Below, one piece after another: positions 1-11,454 of a stretch of 64,000 bases of DNA. Source of the stretch: Eledone cirrhosa. Taxonomy: Eukaryota. Where the stretch lies: the NCBI GenBank assembly GCA_964016885.1, contig OZ024741.1:191580001-191644000 (forward strand). The letters are read 5' to 3'. Under the pieces are notes generated by a model. It was not told where the DNA came from and searched no databases. It saw nothing but the letters and a program-made list of their open reading frames with translations. Both the position numbers and the translations under genes were made by a program. Within the stretch, counting starts at the first letter, position 1. Each line of letters starts with the position of its first letter.

Positions 1-1310
1 TTACCTGTTCCACAAAGAGAGACCAGTGTATGTAATGTGTCTGGCTTATCTGACCATGCCAATTACTTATGGAACCTGGATCTCATAATACTGGATTCCT
101 TCCCATCCAATTCATGCCTTTCATAAGTGCCTTCAAGACATCACTGGTGTCAATGAAATGTTTGGAGGAAAGGTTTTGCTTTTGGAAGGTGATTTCAGGC
201 AACTGCTGCCAATATTATTGAAGCCACATTAGAAATATGCCTTGAAAACTTCCATCTGTGGCACTTCTTTCAACATTTTAGATTAAGCAATAATTGTTTC
301 TACTTTTGGCACAAGGCCAGCAATTACCCAGTGTACTACTGGTACTTTATTTTATCGAACCCGTAAGGATGAAAGGCAAAGTTAACCTCGGCGATATTTG
401 AACTCAGAATGACAAGGGCCGTAACTCAATGCGTCAAAGCATGGCGTCCGACCCTCTACCGTTACTGCCAATCCACCGCCCTCTTTTAAATTTTAGATTA
501 AGCAATAATGTCAGAGTAAGAGAATATCAGAGTTTGTGAAGTGACTGCTACATCGTAGTAATTGAACAACACCTCCAATTGAAGGACAATATGAATAAAG
601 ATGATGTTGAAGTGCCTCCATTATCATGTGTAAATAACTGTTTAGTGAAACACATTTTCAATGATACTACGCAACAAGAGAAAAGAACGTGTCATTTCAT
701 CTCCCAAGAATGCTGATTGCCTATTAATCAATGAAGGGGTTCTCAGACAACACCCTGGTAACAGCCATACTTATTATAGTGCAGATAGCGAGCTCACTGA
801 TTAGCCTTCAGAGGCAGACACATATTCTGCTGAATTTCTGAACTCGCTTACACCTTCAGGGATGCTGCTTCACTTACTCCAATTAAAAACAGGATCGTTA
901 ATAATGCTTCTACGGAATATTTGAATCCAGAACAGATTATGCAATGGCACAAGATTAGAAGTAGTGGGACTGCGTCAGCATTTTATCGAAGCTTCTCATA
1001 TCAGTGGTTCGTTGATGGGCAGGCGTCTTTTGATCCCAGAACTGAAGTTCACCTCCCATTGATCCCAACATCCTTTTTACTTTGGAAAGAGCCCAGTTTC
1101 CAGTAAGTTTGTTATATGCTATGACAATCAACAAGAGTGGGTCAGTTCCTTCCTGAGCCAGTATTTAGCCATGGGCAATTGTACGTCACTTTTTCAAGAG
1201 TTCACAGACAGTCAGATGTAAAAATTAAAGCATTGAACACTGATAAGCAAGGAAGGTGAGGTAATAAAACTGTGACAAAGAACATTGGATCCAAACAGCT
1301 ATTAAAATAA
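1..1310 (+). pseudogene. Decayed Helitron Rep/Hel PIF1-family helicase C-terminal region
   Basis: Motifs across frameshifts and stops: FGGKVLLLEGDFRQLLP (161-211), EFLNSLTPSGM..H.L.LK.G..IMLLRN (~832-920), LCNGTRL, QFPV..YAMTINKS, PEPVFSHGQLYVTFSRV (~1153-1202). Confidence 0.85.
295..489 (-). mobile_element. tRNA-derived SINE with Meta-type central domain, inserted in the Helitron helicase
   Basis: Minus strand has an A/B-box-like head (GGCGGTGGATTGGC...GAGTTCAAAT) and the core GCCTTTCATCCTTACGGGTTCGATAAAATAAAGTACCAG. A 20-bp TSD ATTTTAGATTAAGCAATAAT lies at 275-294 and 490-509. Confidence 0.8.
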
Positions 1311-1417
1311 TTCTGAGCCAATTTCAAGTTGCAATAGAATTGAGACTAATCAGGTAAATAAAAAGATTGTATATTCTCTATATCGTTTTGTATTTGTATA
1401 TAATTGTTCCTACTTTT

Positions 1418-2163
1418 GGCTGGATGCCCTTCCTAACACCAACCACATTTACAGTGTGGACTGGGACGTTTTTACCGTGTTACCTACATGGCCACATTAC
1501 AGCATGGACTGTGTGTTTTTTGTTGTGACACCTACACAACCTCATTAGTTTGGACTGGATGTTGTGGTACCAGCATAACTTTATAGAGAAAGGGTGGTGT
1601 TGGCGGGAGTGGGAGGATGATGTAGCGGTAGTGGGTTGGGGTGTATGTTTGGTTTGGAGGGGCTTACAGACTGTGGGTTAACTTTGCATGTGGGCAAGGC
1701 GGGTCTTCTGTATTACTGCATGGTGCCAAAGATCTTGGTCCAGTGACATTGTCTTAGAGAGGTGCAAGTGTGTAAGGTCAGAATTTATCAACTCGTCCCA
1801 GGTTTTTCTGGGTCTACCTACTCCGTAACTTCCATCAATGTTGATCGCCCTGCACGTTTTTATACAGCTATCGTCTTTCATGTGCATCACGTGACCAATC
1901 CAACGTAGTCTTTTCTCAAGTAAACAGTATCTGATCCCTCTTATTCCTAATTTCTCACTTAGTTCATTTATGTTTTGCTGTTCGCGTATATTACTATTAC
2001 ACATCCAATTGAGCATGCAGGCTTCGTTCCTTTCTATTCTGCGCAGTTCCTCTGCACGCAATGCCCATGTCTCACTGGCATGTAACATTGCTGTTCGTAT
2101 ACAGGCATCATACAATCTGCCTTTCATTTTTAGAGAGAAACCTTTTGTGGCCAACAGAATCCT
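1418..2163 (-). mobile_element. RTE LINE family A, 3' fragment
   Basis: ORF 1678-2154 (LYDACIRTAMLHASETW...RLRWIGHV...GRPRKTW) followed by the repeat-containing 3' UTR. Confidence 0.9.
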
Positions 2164-4830
2164 CCTCCCAACATAGCCTCATAGTTAGTGACCTTATAGT
2201 CAGGACCAGACTTACTCGACAACAGAGGAGGACTACCATGAGGAGAAGAATATGGAAGTTGAAGGACCCCACAGCCAGTAACAAATTTAAAAGCATATTA
2301 CTTGATGCTTTTGACAATAAGGAAGAGCAATTAGAGACATACAATATAGAGGAACAGTGGGAATTCTTGAAAGTTAACCTGCTGAAGTCAACAGATGAAA
2401 TCTGTGGCTAGAGCAGACCTATAGGCAGGAGGAGAGTAACTTGGTGGTGGAACAGTAAGGTGGAGGAGACAATAAAGGCCAAAAAGCAGGCTTGGAAAGT
2501 ATGGCGGTATGGGGGAAGTTGAGAACACTATCAAATGGCCAGGAGAGAAGAGAGGAGACAAGTGTATTTTGCAAGAAGGGAAGCAAAGAATAGAGAGTTC
2601 AAGCATGTTCTACAACGCGAGGACCAAAAACGTGAGGTGTTCAGGATTAGAAGACAATGTGTCAAGGAAAACCGTGATATTGTCGGGGAGAAATGTGTCC
2701 GTAATGATGATGGTGTACTTGCCCTCACTGATACTGATAAGAAGGTAGCTTGGAAGTGTCACTACGAAAGACTACTAAATGAGGAGAATAAATGGGAAAA
2801 AGATAGTCTGCCCCAAATCGATCCAATAGAGGGACCAGCGGTGCAAGTTAAAGGTAGTATAATAAGTAAGGTAATTTAAGATATGAAGACAGGCAAGGCA
2901 GCTGGGCCTTCAGAGATAGTTGCTGAGATGTTGAAAGCATCTGGAATGGTGGGACATACTATGGTCACCCAGATAGTAAACCAAGTAATACAGAATGACT
3001 GGCGTAGCAGCAGCATCATTAACTGCTACAAGGGTAAAGTAGATGCTCTAGATAGGGGAAACTATAGAGGCATTAAGTTAGTTGACCCGGTCATGAAGCT
3101 CACAGAAAGAGTTATAGCGCAACTAATCAGAGAGCGTATTGATCTAGATGAAATGAACTTTGGGTTTGTGTCAGGTAAAAGTACCACAGATGCTCTTTTC
3201 CTTGTACGACAACTACAGGAGAAATACCTAGCTAAAGGTAAACCCCTCTACTTAGCTTTTGTTGACTTGGAGAAATCCTTTGACAGAGTCCCCTGCTCCA
3301 TTATCTGGTGGGCTCTTAGAAAACTAGGTGTAGATGAATGGCTTGTGAGAACTATACAAGCCATGTATAAAGAAACAGTCAGCAAGGTTAGAATTAACAA
3401 TGAATATAGTGAAGAATTTAGCGTAAAAGTTGGTCTTCATCAAGGCTCTGTCCTTAGCCCCCTCCTATTTATTATTGCCCTTCAAGCTATAACAGAGGAG
3501 TTTAAGACCGGCTGCCCATGGGAACTTCTATACGCAGATGATCTAACTCTCATAGCTGAATCTATGGCTGAACTAGGGAAGAAATTCCAAACATGGAAGC
3601 ATGGTCTAGATTCAAAAGGCCCTAAAGTTAACTTGTCTAAGACTAAAGTTCTAGTATGTAGAAAGGAAAATAGGGCACAGGTGGGTGCCCTCTAAAAAAT
3701 GGCCATGCTCAGTGTGTAGGAAAGGAGTAGGTAGAAATTCCATTTTATGTCCCAAATGCAAACTATGGATACATAAAAGATGTAGCGAGATCACAGGTAA
3801 GCTATCTAAGAATGTAGATTTTATATGTGGCCGATGCTCAGGTGCAATAAGTAGCAAGTGCCCACTGGATGCTATCTCCTTCAACAGATGGTTCTATAGA
3901 AATAGTAGACACTTTTCGTCATCTGGGAGACAAAATCAGCAGTGGAGGAGGGTGCTCTGAAAGTACAGTAGCCAGAGTTAGAACGGGATGAAAAAAGTTC
4001 AGAGAGCTTATACCGCTGTTGGCCACAAGAGGTTTTTCCGAAAAGTGAAAGGCAGAATGTATGATGCTTGTATACAAACGGGAATATTACATGGTAGTGA
4101 GACCTAGGCGTTGTGTGCTGAAGATTTGTGTTGATTAGAAAGAAATGAAGCTTGCATGCTCCAATGGATATGTAATAATATGTACACAAATGGCAAAGCA
4201 TAAAGGAATTGAGAGAGAGACTAAGCATGAGAGGGATCAAATGTTGTGTTCTGGAGAGGAGATTGCATTAGTATGGATATGTGATGCGTATTAAGGACAA
4301 CAAGTTGTATAAAAATGTGCAGAGCAATCAAAATTGATGGAAACTACGGAGTGGGTAGACCAAGAAAAACCTGGGACGAGGTGATAAAAACAAACCTTGC
4401 TCACTTACACCTCTGTAAGACAATGTCACTGGATCGAGATCTTTGGCGCTATGTAGTTGTACAGAAGACCTGCCTTCCCTTGCATACAAACTTAAACCTA
4501 CAGTCTGTAGGCACCTCTTAACCCAATATACACCCCCACCCTACTACATCCTCCCATTTCCGTCCACTGTAAAGTGGCCATGTCAGTAGCACAACAAAAA
4601 GCACCCAGTCCACACTGTAAAGTGGTCGTGCAGGAGACATGGTAAAAAGGCTCCCAGTCCACACTGTAAATGTGGTTGGTGCTAGGAAGGGCATCCAACC
4701 GTAGAAAACCTGCCAGAGACAGGTCTGTATGAGCGAGACACGGTCTCCCGACCAATCCTGCGTCATATGGAACAAAACCGTCTAACCCATGCTAGCGTGG
4801 AAGATGGACGTTAAATGATGATGATGATAT
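2164..4830 (+). mobile_element. RTE LINE family A, 5'-truncated and frameshifted (linker, RT, PHD, C-terminus, 3' UTR)
   Basis: RT motifs FVDLEKSFD, GLHQGSVLSP and LYADD in ORF 2883-3695. PHD finger in ORF 3685-3960. (GAT)n tail at ~4815-4830. Confidence 0.93.
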
Positions 4831-4844
4831 ATATATATGTATAT

Positions 4845-5200
4845 CATCATCATCATCATCATCATCACCATCATCATCATCACCGTTTTACGTCCGTTCT
4901 TCCACGCTAGCATGGGTTAGACGGGTTGTCCTGTTGTGTGCAGTGTCTGGTCGGCTGACCTTGCCTTGCTCATACAGGAACTGATCTGGCTTGATTTCTA
5001 CAGCTGGATGCCCTTCCTAACACCAACCTCATTTACAGTGAGTGCTGGGTGCTTTTTCGTGGCGCCTACACGTCCACTTTACAGTGTGGGCTGGGTGCTT
5101 TTTTGCCGTGGCACCTCCACGACCACCTTGCGGTGCGGGGGTGTGGGGGCATATTGTTTATATGCTTCAGCATGTACCCATGGGAGGTCGGGTACTCTGT
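4845..5200 (-). mobile_element. RTE family A 3' end, young subfamily
   Basis: Near-identical reverse complement of ~13035-13365; (CAT)n tail; both ends embedded in (TA)n. Confidence 0.9.
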
Positions 5201-5224
5201 ATATATATATATATATGTATACAT

Positions 5225-6045
5225 AAAGGGTTCTCCCTAAAAATGAAAGGCAGGCTGTATGATGCCTGCATATGAACAGCAATGTTGCATGGCAGTGAGA
5301 CCTGGGCATTGTGTGCAGAGGATATACGCAGACTAGAGAGGAACGAAGCTTGCATACTCTGCTGGATGTGTAATAGTAATATACGCGAACGGCAAAGCAT
5401 AAACGAACTAAGGGAAAAATTAGAAATAAGAGGGATCAGATGTTGTTTACTCGAGAGAAGGCTACGTTGGTATGGTCACGTGATGCGCATGAAAGACGAC
5501 AGCTGTATAACAAAGTGCAGGGCAATAAAGATAGACGGTAGCCACGGAGTAGGCAAACCCAGAAAAACCTGGGACAACCTGATAAATTCCGACCTCACAC
5601 ACTTACACCTCTCCAAGACAATGTCACTGGACCGAGATCTTTGGCGGTACTCAGTAATAGAGAAGACCCGCCTTACCTAAATACAAAGTAAAACCTACTA
5701 CAGTCAGTAGGCATCTCTAACAAAATACACCCCCGTCCCATCCACACCGCCCCTTTCAATGTAAAGTTATGTTGGTGCCACAACATCCAGGCCGAAACAA
5801 ATGAGATTGTGTAGGTGTCACGACAAAAAAACACAGTCCACGCTGTAATGTGGCCGTGTAGGCAACACGGTAAAAAGCTCCCAGTCCCACACTGTAAATG
5901 TGGTTGGTGTTAGGAAGGGCATCCAGCCGTAGAAAACCCGCCAGACAGTCCTATGCGAGCAAGACAACCACTCTTGCCTCAAGTGGGAAAACTCCCGTCC
6001 AAACCCATGCAAACGTGGAACATGGACATTAAACGATGATGATGT
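5225..6045 (+). mobile_element. RTE family A 3' fragment
   Basis: ORF 5282-5680 is the RTE C-terminus, followed by the 3' UTR with AGGAAGGGCATCCA and a (GAT)n tail; flanked by (TA)n. Confidence 0.9.
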
Positions 6046-6056
6046 ATATATATATG

Positions 6057-6121
<65 letters not shown>
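6045..6121. repeat. (TA)n microsatellite
   Basis: Direct reading of the sequence. Confidence 0.98.
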
Positions 6122-6124
<3 letters not shown>

Positions 6125-6125
<1 letters not shown>

Positions 6126-7275
6126 CAAAATGGATGCAGTAAAAACTTAAGCTATTACCAGAGTACTCGATACATGGGGTAGGTAGAAGAGTGGGTAGTA
6201 TGAAGAATTCGGGATCCCGACGGCTGAGCTCCTGCCAATTCAACAGCTAGTTCCAAATTTAGTTGCTGGTGTTCTGGTGGCAAAAATAACTGACATCATC
6301 AGGGGATGGCAATGTCCAAATATGGGCATATAGTTTATACATAAAAGTCTTTAAGAAAGTTTCTGGTTTACTTCGGGGAGATGGGTACATGTATTTATAT
6401 GTATGTCTTCTTGTGGTCAGCTGTCTTTGTTCTGCTTTATCCTGATAAATATATTGAATTATCTTTATCTAGGTCTGTGGGTGTGTAAGTATGTTTATGT
6501 ATGTCTCAACCAAGGGGCTTGCTTTTTTTTATTGCCCCCAGATGGCTGAATTGTATGAGCGGTGTCAGAATCTATTGATTCTGCTAGGGAAGTGGACATC
6601 TGAACTTGTTGACCTGAAAATTTCAGATTTCTCGTACCTTTAAGAATATATTCTCCATTACCATTTTTTTTATATAGTAGTACAAAACATGCACAGAATC
6701 ATTATAACTATAGTTTCAGTGCATGTAACAAGTATAAAAGCTGCCTATCCAAAACTAGAACTTTCTATGACTATTGGATTGAGTGATAACTTTTAAACTT
6801 TTAGATATTTAGCCAATTGTAAATAAAAATAAACTACGCAACTTTCTTTTAATATAGTTTTACGCCTAAACTAAGATAAGTTTTTTTTAATATTGACTCA
6901 AATGTAGATAAGAACAAAGATGATTATATTGATCTACTATATAAAATAATGGTAATGGAGAATAAATTCTTAAAGGTGTGTGTGCAGTACTAGAAAGCTG
7001 AAATTTTCATATATTATTCAGGATAAAGCAGAACAAAGACAGCTGACCACAAGAAGACGTAAATATGAATGTGTGTACACTCACGCCCGAAAACTGACTA
7101 CTCTCCGAAAAAAAAAAGAAACTTTCTTAAAATCTTTCATGTATAAACTGTATGCCCATGTTTGGACATTGCCGCCCCCTGATGATGTCAGTTATTTTTG
7201 CCACCAGAATACCGGCAACTCAGTTTGGAACTAGCTCTTGAAATGGCAGGGGCTCAGCCATGGGGGTGCCAAATC
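6125..7275. mobile_element. Penelope-like element remnant with inverted terminal-repeat copy
   Basis: ~6220-6455 and ~6610-6680 are reverse complements of ~7010-7260 and ~6934-7010. Hammerhead-like CTGATGA (7179) ... GAAA (7240). Minus-strand 'SCVVY' GIY-YIG-like remnant near 6830. Confidence 0.6.
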
Positions 7276-7293
7276 CTTCATATATATATATAT

Positions 7294-7600
7294 GGAGGCA
7301 CATGGCTTAGTGGTAAAGCATTGGCCTTGCAATCGAAAGGTTGTGAGCAAGACACTATATTTCACATTGCTCCAGTTTACTCAGCTGTAGAAATAAGATG
7401 ATAGGGACTGGGGTCCATATCATTCCACTGCAAAGTGGACGTGTAGGAGCCACGGAAAAAAAGCACCCAGCACTCACTGTAAATGAGGTTGGTGTTAGGA
7501 AGAGCATCCAGCTGTAGAAAAAATCAAGCCAGAATCAGTTCGCGTCCCACCCTTGCAAGCAGGGAAAAGCGGACGTAAAATGATGATGATGATGATGATA
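7294..7600 (+). mobile_element. tRNA-CORE SINE with RTE-derived body and tail
   Basis: A box TGGCTTAGTGG, CORE-like TTTCACATTGCTCCAGTTTACTCAGCTGTAGAAAT, and a 3' tail matching RTE family B. Confidence 0.88.
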
Positions 7601-7612
7601 ATATATATATTT

Positions 7613-10580
7613 CATCATCATCATCATTTTACGTCCGCTTTTCCCTGCTTGTAAAGGTGGGACGGGTCTTATTCAGCACAGCATCTCTCCACTTGTCACG
7701 GTCCTTCGTCATCTCCACCATGAGCTTCAGCGATCCGAGGTCTGTTCTCACCACCTCCGCCCATGTTTTTCGTGGTCTACCTCTACTGCATCTTCCTTCA
7801 ACTGGCATTTCCTGGAACTTCTTCACCCATCAGTCATCCTCCATGTGCATCACATGTCCGTACCACCTCAGTCTCTTCTCCCGTACACTACATTCTATCC
7901 CTCTCAGACACAGTTTCTCTCTCAACACATTCATGCTGGGTCGTTCACGCACATTGACACTGCACATTCAACGGAGCATGCTTGCCTCATTTCTCTCCAG
8001 CCGTCGCATATCCTCTTCAGTTGCTGCCCATGTCTCACTACCATGCAGCATCGCGCTCCTCACACAGGCATCATATAACCAGCCTTTCGTACGCAGGGAG
8101 AAACCCTTCTTCGTCAGCAGAAGCTCCCTAAACTTCTTCCAACCCGTCCTTATTCTAGATACTATGGCCATGGAACACCCCCTCCCATGCTAATCTGATC
8201 TCCTAGGTACCGGAAGTTATCCACCACTTCTATAGCGCCTTCCTGCATTTGAAAAATGTATCTATCAATGCGACTTCTACTGTCTAATTTCCCTGTACAT
8301 CTACTGCATACATATTTCTCCCTACCTGTTAGTTTGCCTGCTATCCCGCTACATCTCTTGTGTACCCAGGATCTGCATTGTGTGCATTTTATAGAATTTA
8401 TGCCAGTTCCTTTTCTGCATATCGAACATGGCCATTTCCCTGACAGAATTAGAGTTTTGTCCTCTTTTCTACTCATCAACACTTTTGTCTTAGCTAGATT
8501 CACTCTCAGTCCTCTTGCTTCCAACTGCTGTTTCCATAGCCAGAATTTATTCTCTAGCTCCTCTACTGATTCTACTATAAGAACCAGATCATCAGCATAG
8601 AGAAGTTCCCATGGACAGCCAGTCTTAAACTCCTCTGTTATGGCTTGGAGGACTATAATGAACAAGAGCGGGCTGAGGACCGAACCTTGATGTACTCCTA
8701 CTTGTATCTGGAATTCCTCACTAAACTCCATTCCTACCCTGACTTTACTGACAGTACCTCTGTACAAAGTTTGCACTGTCCTTACAAGCCATTCCTCAAC
8801 ACCTAGTTTCCTTAGGGACCACCAGATGACAGAGCGGGGTACCCTATCAAAGGCCTTCTCTAGGTCAACAAAGGCTAAGTATAGTGGCTTATTTTTCTCT
8901 AAGAACCTCTCTTGCAATTGTCTCACCAAGAAGAGGGCATCTCATCTAGTTTGACCCTTTCTCTAATTAGTTGTGCTAATATCCTTTCTGCCACTTTCAT
9001 AACCTGATCCATCATTTTTATACCCCTATAATTGCTCCTCTCCAGAGCATCCCCTTTACCTTTGTAGCAATTTATGAGAATACTGCTGCACCAGTCTTTG
9101 GGTATGACACTGCCATATATAGCCTGATTGATGATGCAGGCAACCAGTTTAGTGTCTACGTCCCCTGATGCCTTCAGCATCTCAGCAACTATTCCCGATG
9201 GTCCAGCAGCCTTACCATTTTTCATTTCCTTAATTGCCTCTTGGACCCTATATTCGTCAATCTCAATAGCTGGTCCCTCTGTCGGATCTACTGAGGGTAA
9301 TTTCTCTCTCTTCCATTCGTTCTCCACATTCATCAGTCTCTCATAATGACATTTCCAGGCCCCCTTTTTCTGATCATTCGAGACACTAAGTACACTGGCA
9401 TCATTCCGGACACATTTATCTCCAACAACATCCTGATTTGCATTGACACACTGCCTTGCAATATGGAACACCGCACACCTCTGATCTTCCCGTCGCAGAA
9501 CATTGGCAAACCTCCAACTCTCAGCCTCCCTGCGTGCTAAGTACACCTGACGTCTAGCTTCTCCCTTAGCGGCTGTATAATCTTCCCTACTCCCACCCTT
9601 TTTCCAAGCCTTCCATGCTAGTCTTTTGTCTCTAATGGCATTATCTACTGTGCTGTTCCACCACCAGGTCACTCTCTGTCTGGTTGGAGCTCTGCTCCAG
9701 CCATAAGTTTCATCAGTAGCCTGCAGTAAGTGGTCACGTAAGAAATTCCAGTTATTATCTATGTCATACGTCTCTAAATCGTCTTCTTTTTCGTCATACA
9801 CATCTTGAAGGGCTTTCCTAAATTTGTATTTTTGTGAAAGGTCTTTTAGCCTCCAGACCTTTCTTCTCCACACCTTCCTGTATGTCTCATTCCATCTCTT
9901 GCTTACTGAGATATCACTAACGACTAACCTATGCTGTGGGGTACATTCTTCCCCAGGGTATGCCTTGGTATTAGACACTCTCTCCTTGTCCCGCTGCCTA
10001 ACTAGTAAGAAGTCAATCTGGCTTATGTGCTCGCCAGATTTGTAGGTTATTAGGTGGTTGGCAGGTTTCTGGAAGTTTGTGTTGCAAATAGTCAGTGTAC
10101 TTGCATCACAAAATTCAAGAAGTCTCACTCCTTCTTCATTTCTTGAACCATAACCGTGCCCACCACGTACCCCAGTGTAACCATCCTGGAGCTGTCCAAC
10201 ATGACCATTGAAGTCTCCTGCTAGCATAACGATGTCTCCGTCCTCTGTCATTGCGGTTGTTTGTAAAAGTTGCTCGTAAAAGCAGTCTTTCTCATCTTGC
10301 CTAGGCATGCTTGGGGAGCATAGGCAGAGATGATTGTCAGTAATCTCCTGCCTACAACTAATCTCTAGCTTAATTATTCGATTACTAACTCGAACTACTT
10401 CTATTGTCTTATTGATCCATCTCTCAGCCAGGAAAATGCCTAATCCCCCTAACCCATCATCCTTACCTACCCAGAAAAGCTTATAGCTAAGATGTTTGCC
10501 TACGACTAGTCTCGCAGAGGCACCTCTCCATCTCACCTCTTGCACGCAGCACACATCCACATGCCTTCTCTCCAGCATCT
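7613..10580 (-). mobile_element. RTE LINE family B, near-complete ORF (APE endonuclease, RT, PHD, C-terminus) with a few frameshifts
   Basis: ORF 8923-10578 has APE motifs (VCCVQE, AGDFNGHVG, SQIDF, PQHRLV). ORF 8162-8929 has RT (LYADD) and PHD. ORF 7629-7826 ends directly at the (GAT)n tail. Confidence 0.95.
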
Positions 10581-10582
10581 CT

Positions 10583-10695
10583 CAGTTCTGTATGAATGGA
10601 TATGGTCACCTGACCCAACCTGCCTCAAATAGAACAACCCGTCTAACCCATGCTAGCATCCGAGGTGGATGTTAAATGGTGATAATGATGGTGAT
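10583..10695 (+). mobile_element. Short RTE family A 3' tail fragment
   Basis: ACAACCCGTCTAACCCATGCTAGC...GGATGTTAAATGGTGATAATGAT. Confidence 0.8.
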
Positions 10696-10700
10696 ATATA

Positions 10701-11238
10701 TCTATATACATAAATGGCAATTTCTGTCTGTTAGTGTGTTTGTGAACCTAAAACTCAAAAACCACAAAACCGATCTTGATGAAACTTGACACATGTGTGG
10801 GGCTCATGCCCATTTGATTTCTTACGTACTTTGAAGTTCGAAAAAAATCGATAATTTCCAGTCTGCATCGATTTTTAAAAAAATGAATAGGAAATTTGTA
10901 TGAATATCATTTTCTGCCATAATTCATATGAATGTCATTTTCTGCCATAACTTTTAAAGCTCTTAACCAATTTCCTTCAAACATGAAACACAGATAGATT
11001 ATGTGCTAAGGATGGCTTTTTGCTAAGGAGAATTATCCAGACCACTCGAGCAAAGCGTAAACTGATTTTTTATTAAATGATGAGCGAAATTTGGCTTCAG
11101 CTGTTGTGGGCTTAACATGTTCTCCATAAATCAACTTAATATTCTCTGCTTGCTGTAACATTTATTTTTGGTCTGAGAGACATTGGGCATTTTAATGGGA
11201 ACTGGGAATACCAGGGTATTACTGGGTACCTCAGCTAG
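10701..11238 (+). mobile_element. Non-autonomous Helitron
   Basis: 5' TC(TATATACATAAA), subterminal hairpin CCAG-GGTATTA-CTGG, 3' CTAG; inserted between A and T with no TSD. Confidence 0.75.
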
Positions 11239-11423
11239 TATATATATAAAAGGAAGATACATAACCAGGGTTTAAATACATTATTTAATCGATTTACAAA
11301 TGTTTCTTTCAAATACAGAATTTTATTCCTCTATATTGAATTCTTCAGAATCATTAATTAATTTAAAAAAAAAAAATTTTTTACCAACCACATGTCTGAA
11401 TATTTCCAAATTCGAAAACGTTA

Positions 11424-11453
<30 letters not shown>

Positions 11454-11454
<1 letters not shown>

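Noticed and set aside
1-1310. Host PIF1 helicase gene
   Set aside because: Intronless, many stops and frameshifts, a SINE insertion, and Helitron-type motifs.
1418-4830. Twin-priming inversion at the 2163/2164 head-to-head junction
   Set aside because: Both arms contain the same C-terminal region and are diverged, so they are two separate copies.
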